DNA from: Psychromonas aquimarina ATCC BAA-1526
GTDB taxonomy: Bacteria; Pseudomonadota; Gammaproteobacteria; Enterobacterales; Psychromonadaceae
Assembly (NCBI RefSeq): GCF_000428725.1
Contig: NZ_KE386793.1
Coordinates: 86,293 to 110,292 of the forward strand
Length of the DNA: 24,000 nt
Reading direction: 5' to 3'
In this document: positions 9,836 to 24,000 of the stretch, piece by piece
Position numbering within the stretch: position 1 is the stretch's first letter
Layout of the letters: each line of letters opens with the position of its first letter
The notes under the pieces: generated by a model
What the model saw: only the letters and a program-made list of their open reading frames with translations
What the model was told of the DNA's origin: nothing
Database searches by the model: none
Translations under genes and position numbers: made by a program

Positions 9836-10221
9836 CTTTTGGTTTTAAATGATTTTTATCTATGTTGTGTTGATTGTTATGTTATCTTTTGAGAGTCGAT
9901 CAAAAAGTTGCCAATGCATTTCAAGGCACTTTAGTTTTTCTTGTATAGACCGTTATAAATTATCAAATAGAGAGATAATTTACCCTGATGAAATCTGTGT
10001 TAATTGTGCTAAGCAGGTCAAATAAAAAAGTGCTTTACGTCTGTTTTTTCGCCAGTGTTATGGATCTTTTACAGAGCGCAGGAGGACGGGGAATAACCAC
10101 AAAAGGCACAAAAATATCAACTGCGTTCAAGTGTGAAATATTGCGCTAGTTTCTCTGTCTGCTGTTTGTTCAAAAAAAGAGCTGTGTTGTTTTTTTTAGT
10201 CTTTGAATAGTGAACAACGGA

Positions 10222-10256
10222 CAAAAAAAAGCCCGCTTAATTTATTAGCGGGCTTG
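10222..10256 (-). terminator. Rho-independent terminator serving ebgA-ebgC-ygjI-A (inherited from a lost ygjK copy)
   Basis: A 9-bp stem AAGCCCGCT/AGCGGGCTT (10229-10237 / 10247-10255) has an A8 run on the plus strand, which is a U-run on the minus strand. It is near-identical to the terminator at 16050-16082. Confidence 0.7.
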
Positions 10257-10277
10257 AGCAGTTTTTATACGGCTGAC

Positions 10278-10319
10278 TTATGGTTCATTTTTCTGTTCGG
10301 TAAAAAATTCGTTATATAT
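10278..10319 (-). pseudogene. 3' stub of a third ygjK-type GH63 gene (last ~13 codons plus stop)
   Basis: The minus strand reads ...I Y N E F F T E Q K N E P stop. The ygjK-B C-terminus reads [13 protein letters not shown] stop. Nucleotide similarity continues through the downstream terminator. An in-frame TGA lies just upstream of the stub, and homology is lost above ~10319. Confidence 0.55.
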
Positions 10320-10399
10320 TGTGTTACCTCAATATGCTTTGTCAGGCATTAGCTCGAATACCAGAACAAGCACCAGCAGGGCACTGGTGCTGTTATTTG

Positions 10400-11845
<1,446 letters not shown>

Positions 11846-11914
11846 TTATAAAAAATTTAGTTAGCTTTGGCGACTTCATCACTGCTGATAAAAGCCGCCG
11901 TATTATTTAAAAAA

Positions 11915-15480
<3,566 letters not shown>

Positions 15481-15505
15481 TTAAGTTAATAAAATTTGCA
15501 GGTAA

Positions 15506-15529
15506 ATATTAACTAAAACTTTAACTAAA
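15506..15529 (-). promoter_or_regulatory. ebgA promoter core: operator-like element TTTAGTTAAAGTTTTAGTTAA overlapping a TAATAT -10
   Basis: The minus strand 15529->15509 reads TTTAGTTAAAGTTTTAGTTAA, which matches the site before ebgR at 17/19 positions. TAATAT is at 15511->15506. The ATG is at 15453. Confidence 0.45.
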
Positions 15530-15551
15530 CATAATGGTAATGTTTAATTGG

Positions 15552-15567
15552 TTTTAACCAGGTCACA
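15552..15567 (-). promoter_or_regulatory. CRP-like half site (TGTGA-N6-TAAAA) upstream of the ebgA operator
   Basis: The minus strand reads aaaaTGTGAcctggtTAAAAc. Only the left half is consensus. TGTGA starts exactly 38 nt before the TTTAGT of the operator, the same spacing as at 21516/21554. Confidence 0.25.
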
Positions 15568-15711
15568 TTTTTAATTGCAACCAGCCGTTAAAGCAGCGCT
15601 ATTTGTCTCTTTAATGCTTACGGTTGCAGAATATTGTAAGGGTATCTTCTTCGGTTCTGAGATTAGTGTAATCAGTAAGGGGAGCTAATAGAGCAGGGGG
15701 GATGCTTCCTG

Positions 15712-15870
15712 CGCTTGGGAAATTAACAGATACAGGAATTTTTCTTTGCTATCGACGTCGTTCAATCAGTAAGTTAACAGCCTGGATGCCCATTAATTCA
15801 GAATCAATCCGAAAAGTAGGCAGTGAAGGGAAGGTGAATTTTGCCGTTATTTTACTCAGCAAATGAAAAA
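15712..15870 (-). pseudogene. ebgR-type LacI-family repressor remnant (C-terminal ~50 codons only, with an in-frame stop)
   Basis: The minus-strand translation is ITAKFTFPSLPTFRIDSELMGIQAVNLLIERRR*QRKIPVSVNFPS. The intact EbgR reads [47 protein letters not shown]. No HTH or sugar-binding core is present upstream. Confidence 0.65.
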
Positions 15871-15890
15871 TGCGACGTACAAATGTTGTT

Positions 15891-15921
15891 TTAGTAAAAT
15901 TGTTTACATTTGTTTTTACTA
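15891..15921. promoter_or_regulatory. Operator-like inverted repeat retained next to the ebgR remnant
   Basis: The sequence is TTAGTAAAA-ttgtttacatttgt-TTTTTACTA. Its reverse complement (TAGTAAAAACAAATGTAAACAATTTTACTAA) closely matches 20170-20198 upstream of the intact ebgR (TAGTAAAATCAAATGTAAACTTTTACTAA). Confidence 0.35.
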
Positions 15922-16049
15922 TTTTAGCAGGCACGGTTGTCTGTTTTAGCATTGTTGATAATTTTAACCAGCAGGATTGATCTGATATTTATTGAGATGA
16001 GTATTTATTCTATCCATGTGCAAATTGTCTATCATCCTTAAATAACGGA

Positions 16050-16082
16050 TAAAAAAAGCCCGCTGATTTCTTAGCGGGCTTG
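16050..16082 (-). terminator. Rho-independent terminator of ygjK-B
   Basis: A 9-bp stem AAGCCCGCT/AGCGGGCTT (16056-16064 / 16073-16081) has an 8-nt loop and an A7 run on the plus strand, which is a U-run for the minus-strand transcript. Confidence 0.7.
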
Positions 16083-16103
16083 AGCTGTTCTTATAAAGCT
16101 TAT

Positions 16104-18524
<2,421 letters not shown>

Positions 18525-18537
18525 TTAACCCTCATTA

Positions 18538-19620
<1,083 letters not shown>

Positions 19621-19702
19621 CTACTGCACCGAAAGGTTGTTAATTGTTTAGTAATATTGTTGATGCTGTTAATACACACCGTGCTTTTAGTTCAGTGTTT
19701 TA

Positions 19703-20035
<333 letters not shown>

Positions 20036-20168
20036 CTAATGCCTCGATATTAAAAAAGCGTTTTATTACTTTTTCTGTTTAAATTCAGATAGTAATGGGA
20101 GTATAGTAGAGCATAAAACATGGCTTTATATTCCGGCTATACCTCTATCACTATCTAGGTATGGCGTT

Positions 20169-20198
20169 TTAGTAAAATCAAATGTAAACTTTTACTAA
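20169..20198. promoter_or_regulatory. Distal operator-like inverted repeat in the ygjH/ebgR divergent region
   Basis: Perfect 9-bp arms TTAGTAAAA ... TTTTACTAA are separated by 12 bp (tcaaatgtaaac). The inner part ATGTAAACTTTTACTAA also resembles the 19-bp site. Confidence 0.4.
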
Positions 20199-20244
20199 TG
20201 TGTTGTAAAGGTGGTTAAAGAGTGTCTGGTTAAAAAATGTGAAG

Positions 20245-20266
20245 TTAGTTAAAGTTTTACTAAAAT
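20245..20266 (+). promoter_or_regulatory. ebgR-proximal operator-like site TTAGTTAAAGTTTTACTAA overlapping a TAAAAT -10 (autoregulation candidate)
   Basis: The site spans 20245-20263 and TAAAAT spans 20261-20266. The ebgR ATG is at 20330. The site matches 21555-21573 at 16/19 positions. Confidence 0.45.
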
Positions 20267-20317
20267 GTTGTTTTTAGTAAGCCGGATGTTTATCATTGAC
20301 ATAATATTTAATACTGA

Positions 20318-21316
<999 letters not shown>

Positions 21317-21337
21317 CCTATCGTTATCTGTTTACTG

Positions 21338-21366
21338 AAGGGATAGTGCATACTTATCCCTTTATT
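21338..21366 (+). terminator. Possible terminator after ebgR
   Basis: An 8-bp stem AAGGGATA/TATCCCTT (21338-21345 / 21355-21362) has a 9-nt loop. It is followed by a T-rich but interrupted tail (TTTATTAT). Confidence 0.45.
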
Positions 21367-21515
21367 ATGCCCGCAATCACTCCAGTCGCCTTTTATAATA
21401 ACGGCTGCACACACATCTACATACTGCTTGATCACTACGACTCCATTTGCAGTCCACTGCAGCTTATCGGCCTGTTTTATAACTGTTTGATTTAAAAAAG
21501 TCCTGAAAAATAGTT

Positions 21516-21531
21516 TGTGACTATCTTCACG
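21516..21531 (+). promoter_or_regulatory. CRP-like binding site TGTGA-ctatct-TCACG
   Basis: It matches 9 of 10 core positions of the TGTGA-N6-TCACA consensus. Its centre is about 60 nt upstream of the transcription start predicted from the TAAACT -10 at 21571-21576 (class I geometry). Confidence 0.45.
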
Positions 21532-21553
21532 GAAAGTGTTTGTTTATATGTTA

Positions 21554-21576
21554 TTTAGTAAAGTTTTTACTAAACT
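21554..21576 (+). promoter_or_regulatory. Best operator palindrome TTTAGTAAA-gtt-TTTACTAAA overlapping a TAAACT -10, upstream of ygjI-B
   Basis: Perfect 9-bp inverted arms span 21554-21574. The -10-like TAAACT is at 21571-21576. The ygjI-B ATG is about 180 nt downstream. Confidence 0.5.
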
Positions 21577-21725
21577 GCGTGGCGTTAACTAACAATTCCG
21601 GACCATAATGCTGAATCCCTGTTTTCAGCAGTTGTTTGTAACCTTAAAAAACAAAAACGGCAATATTGTTGAGATTATCCGCACTGTGCTGGGTTCCGTG
21701 ATATTAATATTTGCCCGTTTTATAA

Positions 21726-23177
<1,452 letters not shown>

Positions 23178-23196
23178 CTCGGTGTGTTAGCCTGAT

Positions 23197-23231
23197 AATA
23201 AAAAACCGCATTATAAAATGCGGTTTTTTTG
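23197..23231. terminator. Bidirectional rho-independent terminator (ygjI-B / nspC)
   Basis: The sequence is AAAAAACCGCAT-tataaa-ATGCGGTTTTTTT, with an A-run and a T-run flanking a GC-containing stem. Confidence 0.75.
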
Positions 23232-23239
23232 TATCAGCT

Positions 23240-24000
23240 TTAAACTTGTCCCAAACTGCCTTTAAAGTCCTGGTAGCCGAACTCATTTAATAAATCTATG
23301 CCGCCGTTTACTCGTTTATAATAAATACTCGGCATTTTCAGGCCGTTAAACCAGTTAAGTTTCACCATGGTATAACCGGCGGAGTCCATTAAATGCAGTT
23401 TCTGACCGATCTCAAGCGGCTGCTCGAACTGCGTTTCGCAGAACTGATCCCCCGCTAAACATGAGCATGAGCCGATCACATAGGGAAATTTCCCCTGCTC
23501 TGAAGCTTCACGAACCGAAGCCGGTTCATTATAGATTAAGGTGTCTAAGCGGTGTGCTTCTGTTGCGCTGTCTACAATCGCAGTTTTCTTCTCATTCTCA
23601 ACAATATCAATTACGCTGACGACTAAGTCGGTAGTGCGGGTAATAATCGCTTCACCGGGCTCTAAATACAGCTGAATATTATGTTTTTCACTAAAGGCTT
23701 TTAATGCCAGCCCTAGTTTTTCAATCGGGTAACCAGGGTAGGTAAAAAAGATACCGCCGCCTAAACTTAACCAGCTAAGTTTATTCAGATATTCAGCAAA
23801 CGTTGTCGATATATAATCTAAAATCGCAATAAAGGCATCAACATCTTTGTTTTCACAATTCATATGAAACATAAAACCATCAACTTTATCGGCTACGGAA
23901 ATATCAAGCAGATCCTGTTTTACGCCTAAACGTGAATACGGGCGAGCAGGGTTAGCTAAATCCTGTCCGGCAGCACTGCGCTCCGGATTAATACGCAGAC
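23240..24000 (-). CDS. nspC: Carboxynorspermidine decarboxylase NspC, 5' end outside the window
   Basis: The minus-strand frame is open from the window end to the stop at 23240. Upstream of the track ORF the translation continues [31 protein letters not shown]...[10 protein letters not shown]. Later motifs are [24 protein letters not shown] and DSAGYTM, typical of the Orn/DAP/Arg decarboxylase-fold NspC family. Confidence 0.85.
   Translation of the reverse strand, partial: LRINPERSAAGQDLANPARPYSRLGVKQDLLDISVADKVDGFMFHMNCENKDVDAFIAILDYISTTFAEYLNKLSWLSLGGGIFFTYPGYPIEKLGLALKAFSEKHNIQLYLEPGEAIITRTTDLVVSVIDIVENEKKTAIVDSATEAHRLDTLIYNEPASVREASEQGKFPYVIGSCSCLAGDQFCETQFEQPLEIGQKLHLMDSAGYTMVKLNWFNGLKMPSIYYKRVNGGIDLLNEFGYQDFKGSLGQV

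Noticed and set aside
9768-9848. 26-codon plus-strand ORF (MNIERAKAKEINVTECNMMRDVTFWF) covering the ATGTAAC repeats
   Set aside because: It has no Shine-Dalgarno sequence and no support beyond being open. The repeats are more simply read as DNA-level elements.
9576-9891. 11-bp direct repeat GTTATCTTTTG at 9576-9586 and 9881-9891
   Set aside because: A single 11-mer recurrence in about 700 bp of AT-rich DNA is within chance expectation, and no flanking similarity was seen.
15749-15952. 67-aa minus-strand ORF as a genuine small protein
   Set aside because: Its N-terminal half is translated operator-like AT-rich DNA. Its C-terminal half is the remnant of the EbgR C-terminus. It is better explained as a pseudogene chimera.
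20296-20301. Consensus TTGACA 29 nt upstream of the ebgR start, as a -35 element
   Set aside because: No acceptable -10 hexamer lies 16-18 bp downstream. The operator-overlapping TAAAAT at 20261-20266 is a more coherent promoter candidate.
21609-21630. 7-bp hairpin TGCTGAA-N8-TTCAGCA in the ygjI-B leader, as an attenuator or terminator
   Set aside because: The stem is short and AT-rich and the following T tract is interrupted (GTTGTTTGT). That is insufficient to call a terminator or riboswitch expression platform.

Overview
This is a chromosomal segment of a marine-type gammaproteobacterium; the taxon cannot be determined from the sequence alone. It has three blocks.

(i) 1-7135 holds a complete 'proteobacterial dedicated sortase' cassette. 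A sensor kinase (cut by the window edge) and an OmpR-type regulator lie on the minus strand. They are divergent from a tightly coupled plus-strand operon: OmpA-like protein, VIT+VWA protein ending in an LPQTG sorting signal, and class GN sortase. An orphan type IV pilin-like gene with its own extended -10 promoter follows.

(ii) 7152-23231 is an expanded, rearranged and partly decayed version of the E. coli ygjH-ebgR-ebgA-ebgC-ygjI-ygjJ-ygjK locus. ebgA, ebgC, ygjH, a ygjJ-like porin and an intact ebgR are single copy. There are also two diverged GH63 YgjK-like lipoproteins, two diverged YgjI-like APC permeases, an internally deleted ebgR pseudogene, and a ~40-bp 3' stub of a third ygjK that keeps its terminator. 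A family of TTAGTAAA/TTTACTAA palindromes (candidate EbgR operators) marks the promoters. A CRP-box/operator/-10 module with identical spacing precedes both ebgA and the second permease.

(iii) 23240-24000 is the 3' part of nspC (carboxynorspermidine decarboxylase).

I saw no tRNA, rRNA, CRISPR array, transposase or integrase. The best candidates for new biology are the functionally uncharacterised sortase cassette with its appended pilin-like gene, and the duplicated GH63/GH2/APC-permease/porin locus, whose natural substrate is unknown even in E. coli. All homology statements come from reading the translations by eye. No search or alignment was run.
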